From a virus: a DNA stretch of 64,000 bases. Shown one piece after another: positions 50,924-61,176 of this stretch. Location: positions 1-64,000 of IMG/VR virus record IMGVR_UViG_3300036760_000327. One strand, written 5' to 3'. The notes under the pieces were generated by a model that saw only the letters and a program-made list of their open reading frames with translations, was not told the origin of the DNA and did no database searches. The position numbers and the translations under genes are program-made. Every line of letters starts with the position of its first letter. Within the stretch, counting starts at the first letter, position 1.

Positions 50924-51793
50924 TTAATCCTCAAATGTTCCTGTTATATTTACTAGTTTACCTTGTTCACAGAAATTCCAATTTTCATTGCTGCCATTAA
51001 TATAAGACTTGCTTGCTGTATTCCATCCGCCAAATCTGGATTCAAGCATTATATTATTATCTTGAGTATAATAACTGTAATAAGCAGGTGATTTTATTAC
51101 ATTTTTATTATACAATGCCTTAGCTATCCATTTTCTAGGATGAATATTTTCTTCTAATTGATATTCATTTTGCTTGATAACACAATCCGGTAAATATATG
51201 TTTTTCAATGCTAACATGCTAATTCTAAGCGGCATATCAAGATCATCACATTGGAGATCTTCATTAAAAAATTGTAATTGATCTAACATCTCGCCCTTAA
51301 AGGCCCATACACACCCGACAACCCCCGCTCTATCCGGCGATATGTATATCCAGAAATGTGGTGCCCGTTCTTCAATTTTTATTTCCTTGTAGAAAAATTC
51401 TTTACGACCAGGAGAATCTACAAAAAATGTAGGTCGAATAGCTAAAGCTGATCCAATGTCAGGATAGGACAAAGCTTTTAATATTAAATTTAACCAATTA
51501 TCTGATTCAATAACTGAATCATCGTCCCATTTTATATAAATTTGTGAGGGTTGGCGTAATGACATTAAGAAATTATGTCCAAAGACTATACCCGTATTAA
51601 AAGAATTTTGTCCAATATAATCAAATTCTTTTCTATATTTATGGATAACTTCTTTAACTTCTGGAGTTGCATTTTGATCTAAAACAGCCCATTGAAATTT
51701 AGATCTGTCTGTATGTAATAATAAGGCTTTAATACATTTTTCAGTAGCTTGAGGACGACCAAGAACGCACATTCCAATCAAAGGCTTTTTCAT
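50924..51793 (-). CDS. GT-A (family 2) glycosyltransferase
   Basis: LDQN, N.G and KWDDD (DxD). Confidence 0.75.
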   Translation of the reverse strand: MKKPLIGMCVLGRPQATEKCIKALLLHTDRSKFQWAVLDQNATPEVKEVIHKYRKEFDYIGQNSFNTGIVFGHNFLMSLRQPSQIYIKWDDDSVIESDNWLNLILKALSYPDIGSALAIRPTFFVDSPGRKEFFYKEIKIEERAPHFWIYISPDRAGVVGCVWAFKGEMLDQLQFFNEDLQCDDLDMPLRISMLALKNIYLPDCVIKQNEYQLEENIHPRKWIAKALYNKNVIKSPAYYSYYTQDNNIMLESRFGGWNTASKSYINGSNENWNFCEQGKLVNITGTFED

Positions 51794-52335
51794 TTTATAC
51801 CCCGCACATAAATTTTTAATTGAATAAAGTCTTCTGGCGTAATTCCTTTAGCTTTTAATTCTACATCTTCTCGTAACATATCTAGTTGCTCCAAAGCTAC
51901 ATCTTTAACATTCGAAAATCCAACACTTTTTAATTCTTCTATTATCATACTTGGCCATAATAAAGACCGATGGTAATCATACGGAGTTTGTCCTTGACCG
52001 AGTATATTATATATAACATAGGAATAATATTTACCTTGGTGAAGTAAATGAACAGAACCTTCAAAATTGGGACAGGTAATAAATAATGTTCCGTTAGGAA
52101 CTAAAACTCTATAACATTCTTTTAAAAGTCTATAAATATCAGGTAATTCCAGATGTTCTATAAATTCTACTGATACAATATTGTCTATGGATTCATCTTT
52201 ATATGGAATTCCTTTTCTTAAATCCCAGATAATATCTACATTTGGATGTTCAATAATATCAATACCAATATAATCTTTATACTGATTATATCTATTCTTT
52301 AAAGGATTTATACCGCATCCAAGATCAAGATTCAT
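51790..52335 (-). CDS. class I SAM-dependent methyltransferase
   Basis: NLDLGCG, FIEHL and ECYRVL.PNG. Confidence 0.85.
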   Translation of the reverse strand: MNLDLGCGINPLKNRYNQYKDYIGIDIIEHPNVDIIWDLRKGIPYKDESIDNIVSVEFIEHLELPDIYRLLKECYRVLVPNGTLFITCPNFEGSVHLLHQGKYYSYVIYNILGQGQTPYDYHRSLLWPSMIIEELKSVGFSNVKDVALEQLDMLREDVELKAKGITPEDFIQLKIYVRGIK

Positions 52336-54503
52336 ATTAATACCTCTAAGTATTTTTTAATCATAATTTCGGCTGTATAAGTATCCTGTATTTTTTTTAA
52401 TAATCCTTTTCTTATTGACTGTATAAATTCTTTGTCCTCTAATTGTACTTCAAAGATATATCGCAAATCATCTATTGTGTCAAATCCAAAAACTAAATCT
52501 TCTCCAAACATTTCGGGAACTACGTTACATTTTTTATTATAAATTATTGGACATTGACAAGCTGCTGCCTCGAGCGCTGTATTACTACATCCTTCATGTT
52601 CGCTAAGAAACAACATAGCATCTGTTGATCTATATAAATTTACTAATTGTTTTGGCGCTTTAACCGGCCCATAATACATAATATTAGGTAATTGTGAAAA
52701 TAATTCCATTGTTTTAGCCGTATCTAAACTAAAATAATTACCCACTAAATGAAAATCTATATTAGGATATTGTTTAGCAATTCCTTCAATTAAATCAGCA
52801 CGTTTGTGTGGAAATATACTCCAAGAATTTATTAAGATTTTTGTTTTATTACCTGGCAAAGAAATATGTGGTCCACTGGTATTAAAAATTTCTGTATCCA
52901 CGCCATTATAAATTACTACACTTTTCTTCGTAGTATCTACATAAGGCTCCCATACTTTCTTTGCAAATTCGGATTGCCATACAATTAAATCTGCTAGTTC
53001 ATAATTATCCTTCATTACTTTCAGTGCACATTCTTGTATCTCTCCTGGTTTCTGCCCAGAGTTATCTCCGAGGTACGAGACAAAGGGTAAACCATCCATT
53101 CGTTCTATAAATTTTATGCTTGGATCTCGCTTTTTGGCCGCTTGCAGAATTTCAGCATTTAAAAATGCTATCGAAAGTATATATTTAACTGCTGGTGAAT
53201 CTTGATCCACAATCTTATATTTATTATTGGTTAATCTAGGTATATATTTTTTTAATGTATTTCCAAAAGTTCCAGGACCACCGTCTGAGATTGCTGTTAA
53301 TATTCCGATACTATTATCTATTTCTTTATAATTTCCCATAATGGCATCACGATATAATGGATACCTTATTTTAATATCATAATTTTCTTCAATATCTTCT
53401 CTGGCCTGTAATCCGATTTTCGTGGATTCTATAGGATTTGCTTTACAATACAATATCTTATCCAGAAACTCATCTGCCGAACGAACAATAAATCCAGTTT
53501 TTCCATCTTGAATTGCTTCAGTATATGATCGACTAGGAGAAGAAATAATCGGTATTTTAGCCGCTCCGGCCATTGTATATTTTACTGCACTTTTAGAATC
53601 GAGCCATGTACTTTGCCACATGGGCGGCACGAGATAATCAATATCTTTATTACTAACAGGATTAATTATAAGATTCACTGATTTGCATAAACGGTAATAA
53701 TCTTCGATAGATAGCCAATCTATATAGGTTTTATATAAATTTCTAAATCCATTAATAAGTGTGCGCATCTGGGCCACGCCATTAGCATTTATAATCCATT
53801 CAATATCTTTAAATTCTTCCCATCGTGCATTGGCCTTCTCGCACATTTCAAATAATAAAGTTGCTCCAACTCTACCGCTACTGGTCATTAAAACTTTATA
53901 TTTAGAAATTTGACTAATCCAATCTAATTTTGGCAGGTAATCAAAGATCGGTAAATTAATATGTGTAGGTACATGAATAACTGGCACAGCAAAATTAGAT
54001 AATTTTTTAAAGAAATCCTTTAATTCAGAAGTAGCCACAATAACAGCATCACACATATTTGCAATTTGTATTGGAGCGTTCTGATTAGCATTAACCAGAA
54101 AATCATCAATATAATAAACTATTCTTACGCCAAGTTGTTGTAAATGTTTAACAATTCTTGTTACATTATTAAGACCAATTTCCTGACCAAATTCAGAATT
54201 TGTACCAACTCTTACCAAGACAACCCATTTAGGCACAAATTGAATGATTTCTTGCATGCCTTTTTGTAATGTAAATACAATTTGATATCCTTCTTTTTCA
54301 AAGAATGGCACATATTCTTTAACAATTTTGTCGATACAACAGTCACTTTTAGGGCCCACGAAGCAAATGGTCTTATCTGTGATTTTGATATCTCGTGCAG
54401 CCATTACTTGAGGCGGGGCTGTCAGATTAACCTTACATACTGGCAACTTAACATTATTTGCCCAATAAGGTCTAGCTATTTTGCGTCGTCTATGTTCTCC
54501 CAT
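52332..54503 (-). CDS. two-domain GT-B glycosyltransferase
   Basis: First module KSAVKY..AG..KIPII; second module IYNGVD...EGCSNTALEAAAC. Confidence 0.85.
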   Translation of the reverse strand: MGEHRRRKIARPYWANNVKLPVCKVNLTAPPQVMAARDIKITDKTICFVGPKSDCCIDKIVKEYVPFFEKEGYQIVFTLQKGMQEIIQFVPKWVVLVRVGTNSEFGQEIGLNNVTRIVKHLQQLGVRIVYYIDDFLVNANQNAPIQIANMCDAVIVATSELKDFFKKLSNFAVPVIHVPTHINLPIFDYLPKLDWISQISKYKVLMTSSGRVGATLLFEMCEKANARWEEFKDIEWIINANGVAQMRTLINGFRNLYKTYIDWLSIEDYYRLCKSVNLIINPVSNKDIDYLVPPMWQSTWLDSKSAVKYTMAGAAKIPIISSPSRSYTEAIQDGKTGFIVRSADEFLDKILYCKANPIESTKIGLQAREDIEENYDIKIRYPLYRDAIMGNYKEIDNSIGILTAISDGGPGTFGNTLKKYIPRLTNNKYKIVDQDSPAVKYILSIAFLNAEILQAAKKRDPSIKFIERMDGLPFVSYLGDNSGQKPGEIQECALKVMKDNYELADLIVWQSEFAKKVWEPYVDTTKKSVVIYNGVDTEIFNTSGPHISLPGNKTKILINSWSIFPHKRADLIEGIAKQYPNIDFHLVGNYFSLDTAKTMELFSQLPNIMYYGPVKAPKQLVNLYRSTDAMLFLSEHEGCSNTALEAAACQCPIIYNKKCNVVPEMFGEDLVFGFDTIDDLRYIFEVQLEDKEFIQSIRKGLLKKIQDTYTAEIMIKKYLEVLI

Positions 54504-54514
54504 CTTATCTCCAG

Positions 54515-55666
54515 TTAAATATCGTTGATCCCATTAACAACTACCAGATTTTGTATTCTTTCGGCTTCTTCAAAATTCCACACTTTATCTTCGTATCCAG
54601 GCACTTTAAGATTAGTGCCCTTCAATTTATTATACATTTCATAAAAAATAGCCGCGTGTTCTGCTATATAAGTATTGATATTATGGTGTTCTAATACATA
54701 ATAATATGCTCGTTTTGCCATTGCCTCTCTTTTCTCTTTATTTTCAATAAGATATGAAATAGCACTAATCCAATCTTCTGATGCATTACTCTTTGGAATA
54801 ACTGCGCATTTCTTCTCGTCCCAACCAAGATAAGGCAATACGGGAGATAATATCATTGGTATCCCCAAAATTGCATATTCTAGAGCTTTTCTATTTGTTT
54901 TACCCCAATTAAAGGCATTATCTTGTAATGGCGCTATTCCGATATCCATATCCAATGATGCTAGTGCAGGATAGAAAGCATCTACCGGAACAAAATTATA
55001 GTACTCGTACTTATTTTTAGGCAAAGTAGCAATTGATGGCGGCAGCCATCCCATCATAATCCATTTGACTTGCGGATAATGTTTAGTAATTTTAGGAACT
55101 ACATCCTTAATTATATCGGCATCTGGCTTATGATGTGGGGTTAAATGCCATCCAATTCTCAAAGTATTCTCGTCGTTTTTATCCCTTCCTGGACTTACAA
55201 ATTCATTTAAATGAGATTCAACTAAATTTCGCTCTACAAACACGTTTTGATTAAATTTTAAAGCAAGTTTTTTTAAATAAGGCGTAGAAGTCGTAAGAAA
55301 ATCAACCTCTTTAAGAACTTGTTCATATCGCGCAAGAACTTGTGGTGTATAAACAGATTTGGCTGGATTATCTGTGGGTAAATGCCATACATCGTCATCT
55401 ACATTACTGCCAAGTATAATTTCTTTTTGTTTGATTTTTCGTATATACATAATAATTTCAGGAACATACTGACGCTGCATCATAAAAATATCTGCATTCT
55501 CGGCTAGCGCTTGATCTAAAGTATAAATTAATTTTCCCTGAAGCAAATTAAACTTATGAAAGTATTGCAATGGTAAGAATTGAACGTGGTAGTTCTAATT
55601 AGGGCCAGAATTATCAGCTCCCACAAATAGAACTTTTAATAATTTTTTCTGGTCCATCATTGGCAT
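54515..55666 (-). CDS. GT-B glycosyltransferase with an in-frame TAG near the N-terminus
   Basis: AAGGAG SD, MPMMDQKKLLKVLFVGADNSGPN*NYHVQFLPLQY (TAG 55597-55595); later DIGIAPL..N.FN..K...K.LEY. Confidence 0.75.
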
Positions 55667-55763
55667 CACTCTCCTTTTGATAAGGACAAATTCCTTTATT
55701 ATATTAATTAGTTATAATTTATTGGATTAACCAGGTAATATTACGAGGGCCTCTATATATATT

Positions 55764-55790
55764 AATAGTAAAATGAGCTTATTTGTGACA
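55764..55790 (-). promoter_or_regulatory. phage promoter motif TGTCACA-N13-TACTATT
   Basis: Exact motif upstream of the glycosylation cluster. Confidence 0.7.
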
Positions 55791-55798
55791 AAATATTT

Positions 55799-55841
55799 TA
55801 TGCCCGCCAACCAAAAATTGCTTAATTGATCAACGGGCATA
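55799..55841 (-). terminator. hairpin at the end of the structural operon
   Basis: TATGCCCG...CGGGCATA inverted repeat with a large loop. Confidence 0.35.
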
Positions 55842-55902
55842 TTTTATATTGTTCTGATTTAAGGTAGGACTTTAAGGTAGGTGTTTAAAATTGTTAAGAA
55901 GT

Positions 55903-56280
55903 TTACTTCCTCCCGTAACCAACGAATCTTACAGTAAATGCTGAAAGATTTGTTCCATTAGGAATTTCTACTGCCATTTGAGATGCCGGACCTCCAGATG
56001 TGTCTCCCAAAGCCATAACTTTAGCGTTGTTATAATCATATTGAGCAATAAAAGATTGCCCAAGATTAGTTGCACCAGCACTTGGTTCAACACTAAATGA
56101 AATGAATAGAATCTCTTCGAGATCAATATCCGAAGCTGCTAAAGACTCGCCGCCAGACGCGTAAGAAGAATCCATGGTAAATTCACCAATGACCATAGAT
56201 AAATCTGAAAAAGTCTTTGATCTAACCGGTCTTACACTACCACCAGGACTATATCCTGTTTTAGAAAAAGTAAGTGCCAT
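55903..56280 (-). CDS. virion structural (decoration-like) protein
   Basis: Y..GG......, YD.....K and E..NGT.LS...R..G pattern typical of small virion proteins. Confidence 0.6.
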   Translation of the reverse strand: MALTFSKTGYSPGGSVRPVRSKTFSDLSMVIGEFTMDSSYASGGESLAASDIDLEEILFISFSVEPSAGATNLGQSFIAQYDYNNAKVMALGDTSGGPASQMAVEIPNGTNLSAFTVRFVGYGRK

Positions 56281-56358
56281 TAAAATCGCCTCCTTTCTAT
56301 TGTAATATTTTATCCAGAATACCTCTGGAAAGGAGATCTAATGATCCCCTTAGTTCAA

Positions 56359-56857
56359 TTACTTATAAATCGCTCCAGAGCCCATTTCTTTGCCTTTATG
56401 TTCTCCTCGCTCACTCCGTTCCCGCATATCTTTAAGTTTATTCTTCGCATTCTTGAGATCAGGAGCTGCAGGTACCCAATCGGGAATCCAGTCTATTATA
56501 TTTTCTAAAGTGCTTTTCTTTTTTGAAATTTCGTTATATGTTTCTTCCATATTATTACTCCTTGGTTAAAATACGGTCAATAATTTTATACATAAAATCA
56601 AAAAGTATGGATTGTGTAGAAGTCATATAATCCAAGAAATCACTTAGACATATTGAATTATTATTTGTTTTCTTGGCAATCATATTAGAAAGAATGGTTT
56701 CTTTGGAGTTCTGCAAGCCAAGATTAAATTTTTTCAATGGACTTGTCCAATTAGGATCACGTATACTACCCCAATCATTAGTCCTATCTATTTCAACTTC
56801 ATCCTGATCAACAGGCAATATTCCAAAAACCTCTTCTATGGTTAGTTTATCTTTCAT
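56359..56857 (-). CDS. two hypothetical proteins (56359-56550, 56555-56857)
   Basis: SD-preceded ORFs. Confidence 0.5.
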
Positions 56858-56897
56858 ATTTCCTCTTAATTAAAAAATTTCTAAATCAGGAATATTA

Positions 56898-57770
56898 TTA
56901 TGAATATTGTTTGCCAATTATATAAATTACTTTTCCCTCTATGGCATCAAATCCAATTATTGTAACACTCTGACCTGGAATGGTTATACTGGCTGGTAAT
57001 CCTGTAATAATATAAGATCCAGGATTAGCAGAAAGAATATAGTTTACAATTACACCGATATCAATTCCAGTAACTATATAGATTCCTGGTTCAACATTCA
57101 ATAATCTATCTGTAATAAGACCAGCATTTACTCCCGTAACAGCATAAATACCATTTTCAGCATTAAGAATTCGGGTTGCATGTAACCCTGCTTCTGTTCC
57201 AATTACCAAATAACTACCCGAATCGGCTGTAAGTACATATGCTCCAACACCTGAATAAACTAAATCAGCAACAGATCCAGTTAAATTATAACTTCCCACT
57301 TCAGCGTTGAGCAATCTATCAGCAAGAATTTGAGCAGTTGCTCCCGTCACAAGGTAACTTCCTATATCTGCCGAGATAAGTCTCTGGGCAAGCAAGACCG
57401 CATCTGCACCCGTAATTGTGTAAACACCACCATCTGCTGAAATGAAATATCCACGAGCAAGCACGGCATCTGCACCCGTAATTGCATAAACACCACTATT
57501 TACCGAGATAAGTCTCTGGGCAAGCAAGCCGGCATCTACTCCAGTTAATACATAACTGTCTGACAATGCCGCTATAATTCGATCAGCTAATACACCTGAA
57601 GCTATCCCAGATACGGCATAGGAACCTGGATCGACAGATAAAAAATAACTTCCCGCCGCTGCCGGCCAAATAATCAAGCCATTTTCGGTTAATAATCCAC
57701 TCCAAACGAATCTACCAAATTCGTCTATTAAGTATCCCGTTAAAACAATTCTTCCATCTTCTACGATCAT
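56898..57770 (-). CDS. virion protein with 22-aa repeats
   Basis: Repeating L.AD.GSY..TG.DA.LLA.R units. Confidence 0.65.
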   Translation of the reverse strand: MIVEDGRIVLTGYLIDEFGRFVWSGLLTENGLIIWPAAAGSYFLSVDPGSYAVSGIASGVLADRIIAALSDSYVLTGVDAGLLAQRLISVNSGVYAITGADAVLARGYFISADGGVYTITGADAVLLAQRLISADIGSYLVTGATAQILADRLLNAEVGSYNLTGSVADLVYSGVGAYVLTADSGSYLVIGTEAGLHATRILNAENGIYAVTGVNAGLITDRLLNVEPGIYIVTGIDIGVIVNYILSANPGSYIITGLPASITIPGQSVTIIGFDAIEGKVIYIIGKQYS

Positions 57771-59352
57771 GCTGACGTCACTATTCCATCGTAGCCGATC
57801 AGTTTCGCAAGCGAAGCATGAGTATTTTTTACCCTGAGATAACGGGTGTTATTAAGATGGAAAGCATAATAAGCCATAGCTCCTGCACCCTGCTCAGTTG
57901 TAAAAACAAGGCTATTTGTTCCATCATAAAGTTCAACCGTGATATCATATTCGTGGTAAATGTTATGAATAACCCATTCCACTCCCGCCCCAGGCTGTAT
58001 TGTTAAATAACCTGCTGAGGCTACTGAAGTAAGTGCAGAAATAACATCTCCTCTTGCCATATTAACCTCCTATACTTTCAATTTTCTCGTAAACCTTACC
58101 CCATCATCAAAAGAATCTACCAATAATGCCATCTGAACTCTTCTTAACGTATCCTGAGTCCATGCGCCTGCATCTGTTCGAGATGTTTGATAACACTTCT
58201 GCCCAAGAGAATAGGAATTCATCTGACCAGCAAGATCAACGGCAAAGTAAGATAAACCTATACTTGTAACTGTATTAGGGACTACCGTCATCCTATACCA
58301 GGTATCCTTCAATAAATTAACTGGAGTAGCAAAATAAGCCCAACATAAACCAACTGCCGTTCCAATTCTTTGGGCAAGGAGTAATTGTTTTGAAGCTAAG
58401 ACAGTGGTTCCGTCTGAATCATACAGAGTGAACGTAGCAGATTCGTCGAGATCACTATAAGCAACTATCCCCACTGCCCTACAAGGAAAGGGAATTTGAA
58501 AATAGTTTCCATATTCATCTGGAGACGATCCTGAATTGTAAGTGTAATAAGATAGAGTAGACATTGGATGAGTAAAACCAGAGGAATAAGAGCCATCAGA
58601 ATATTCGAGGGCTACATTGATTAAATTGGCACTTTTAGCCCACGCAGCTGTATATAAATCTGTATACACATTATAGTGGTTAGTCCCAATCCCTGTCCCA
58701 CCTGCTGAAATATTTAAGTTCCCTGCTACCCAAGCATTAAACTCAATGACGATAGCTATTGGGTCATTTTTTGTAACTGAGGCTCCAGCAACAAGGGTAA
58801 CAAGAAACCATGTATTATCATTGGTATCTGCAACAACCAGTGTCTGGTAAGCGTTTCCACTCGCAAGTATTGTTCCGTCAGGATTGCCTGAAGCATTAAC
58901 ACCCTGAAGAGATATTTTTAAAGTATCTCCTGTGGTGACTGTTCCAGTTCTAAATCCAACCTTTGAAATTGTTCCTGTCTTGGGGGCGTAGGTTATGAAT
59001 GCCGCTTTTTCAGCAGCAGCATCTATAAGCAGAGAACTCCAATAATAACTATGACAATAATCTATCAAACCAGGAATTAGTATGGGCGGATTAATTGCTT
59101 GTAACGTCATACCTTAAACACCGTCCCTTCGATCAAAGTTTTTAAATTCGAGAGTGACACTAAAGGATTCTCAACAATTATTTTTCTCATCTGCCCAAAT
59201 AATAACTGCTCTACTTCATCAAGAGAATCAGGAACCAAAGCTTCCCTTAGTTCCTGAATCGTTGTAACTTTGGTCATGGTTTTTGTGCCCGATGTATAGG
59301 TTAATATTACATGAGAACACGGAAGCTTATTAATTTTTACTGTGACGTCCAT
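57767..59352 (-). CDS. putative tail/virion proteins (57767-58060, 58070-59110, 59107-59352)
   Basis: Ala/Gly/Thr-rich, beta-type composition, coupled ORFs. Confidence 0.6.
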
Positions 59353-59410
59353 ATCTATTTCCCTACTTTGATAATCTCAAATTTCCTGGGAGTGTAGCCG
59401 CCGATATTTT

Positions 59411-59728
59411 TTATCTCATTTCTTTTCCACTAACCCCCAATTTTCCAGCATCCATAGAAAGTTCAAAGTGTCTGCATTGACAAATCCGACATTTGAAAAT
59501 CGTAAGATCGGGTTTATCACTCGGTTGAAGTTCAAGATTTTCGGGATTTTTACAACAGTCCTTCCGTTTATCATCTTGTTCTTTTGCCAAAACCTCTAAC
59601 TCATGGGTGATCTCTATGATTGGATCATTATTATGATCCCCTTCTTCAGTTGAAATAAACCAATTATCATTTAGAATAGAAAGCAATCTTCCCATGAGTT
59701 CGGCTGAAATATTGTATGTCTTAATCAT
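59411..59728 (-). CDS. Cys-containing hypothetical protein
   Basis: Start at MIKTYN after a GGGG SD; CC...CRICQCRH. Confidence 0.55.
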   Translation of the reverse strand: MIKTYNISAELMGRLLSILNDNWFISTEEGDHNNDPIIEITHELEVLAKEQDDKRKDCCKNPENLELQPSDKPDLTIFKCRICQCRHFELSMDAGKLGVSGKEMR

Positions 59729-59738
59729 TTTGACCCCC

Positions 59739-60209
59739 TTATGCAAGTTGTTTACGTGGACGTGGGCCGATAAGTGGCCCATGTGCCCTATATTTTCGCA
59801 TATAACAAGTCTGACATAGTCCCATTCCAGCTATTCTTTTGTCTGGATGGCATGTTGCAGTCCAATGGATTCCTCGGGGAGCACGATGTGAAGTCATCTT
59901 TTTCCATTGTTCAATAATAAATCGAATCTTTTCCCTTCTTCTTTCACCCAAAAATTGATATAATGTCATCATCCATCCAATGGCTCGTGATCCATAAATC
60001 CCGCATTTCCATGTTGGTTTATGGTTTTTTCTTTTCCAATAGTAAGGCTTTTCTGGACTTTTTACTCCCAACAAAAAGGCTGCACGGATTACAATATCAC
60101 AATCTGTCATCTGCAAGCCTATGACGGGCCACTTTTTGTCTTTTAGACCGAACCAACCTTCACCCTCTAAAAGACCAGCTAACCATGCAATGTCCATTAT
60201 ACGTTTCAT
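59739..60209 (-). CDS. free-standing LAGLIDADG homing endonuclease
   Basis: IAWLAGLLEGEG, MTD.D and C-terminal CHP...GLCQTCY. Confidence 0.85.
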   Translation of the reverse strand: MKRIMDIAWLAGLLEGEGWFGLKDKKWPVIGLQMTDCDIVIRAAFLLGVKSPEKPYYWKRKNHKPTWKCGIYGSRAIGWMMTLYQFLGERRREKIRFIIEQWKKMTSHRAPRGIHWTATCHPDKRIAGMGLCQTCYMRKYRAHGPLIGPRPRKQLA

Positions 60210-60213
60210 AGGT

Positions 60214-60648
60214 TTATGTCAAAGTCAGTATCGTTCCCGTTGTCTCTGATCCATCGAACTTGACCGAAAATGTCTCACCGACCTGTAAGGTTAAGGACGA
60301 ACCATAATCCCACCAGCTAACAAGAGGATCAGCAGGGCTAGTCTGAGTATCGTTATAAAGAACAACATACCGAAAAGCTGCCATTGCTGCTGTATCGCAT
60401 GTCCAAACTATTTTTGTTCCTGTTGCCGTTCCAGTTCCTCCCGTTTCAGCCCATGTAAGTTGTGCATCCTCACCACCTGCCGTATATCCATTGCCAGAAG
60501 CAACCTCGGTTAAATCGGCCTTGACGGAATTCGTTGCGGACGGCGCTGGAGTATTAACTAACATACATTTAAATACGGCTGTTCCAAGTACATGCTTACC
60601 TTGACCTAATTGATCAACAAAATCAAAAAATTTCTGATATGTAGCCAT
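60214..60648 (-). CDS. virion structural protein
   Basis: E...GNGYTAGG, FRYVVLYNDT and WDYGSS. Confidence 0.65.
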   Translation of the reverse strand: MATYQKFFDFVDQLGQGKHVLGTAVFKCMLVNTPAPSATNSVKADLTEVASGNGYTAGGEDAQLTWAETGGTGTATGTKIVWTCDTAAMAAFRYVVLYNDTQTSPADPLVSWWDYGSSLTLQVGETFSVKFDGSETTGTILTLT

Positions 60649-60695
60649 TTTTCTCTCCTCTTTTCTCTCCTTAAATAAATTTTATTTTGTTCAAA

Positions 60696-61175
60696 TTAAA
60701 ACACATCATGAAAATAATTATAATCTAAACTTGCTCTATTATTCCAATCAGTTATATAACTTTCATTAGCGCTTCCTCTATAATATCTTGCAGTGGTATC
60801 CGTCATTGCTAATATGTAATAATTTCCAGTCTCGTCCAGAAAACCATAATATTTTGTAGTTCCAGACGCGTCTAAATCAGATATTGCATATCCATCTTTA
60901 ATAAAGAATTGTTTACTCATATAGTATTACCTATGTCCTGCTACTAGCCAACCTATTATGGCAATTATTATACTTGCAAGAAACCCCGCCATTGCTCCCC
61001 ATACAGAAGCTTTGCCCTTAATTGTGCTAACGTCTTCAATAGATTTCATTTTAAATGTATCTAAATCACCGGATATTTTATTTAAAACCACCAGTATCTC
61101 TTGATGTGCTATATCATTTTGGGCCAGCTTCGTGTCGATACAGCCTAGCCGATACTCTAGAGATTCATTTGTCAT
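60696..61175 (-). CDS. two small proteins (60696-60920; 60927-61175 coiled coil with C-terminal TM)
   Basis: ORF track; the second has a hydrophobic C-terminus. Confidence 0.6.
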
Positions 61176-61176
61176 A

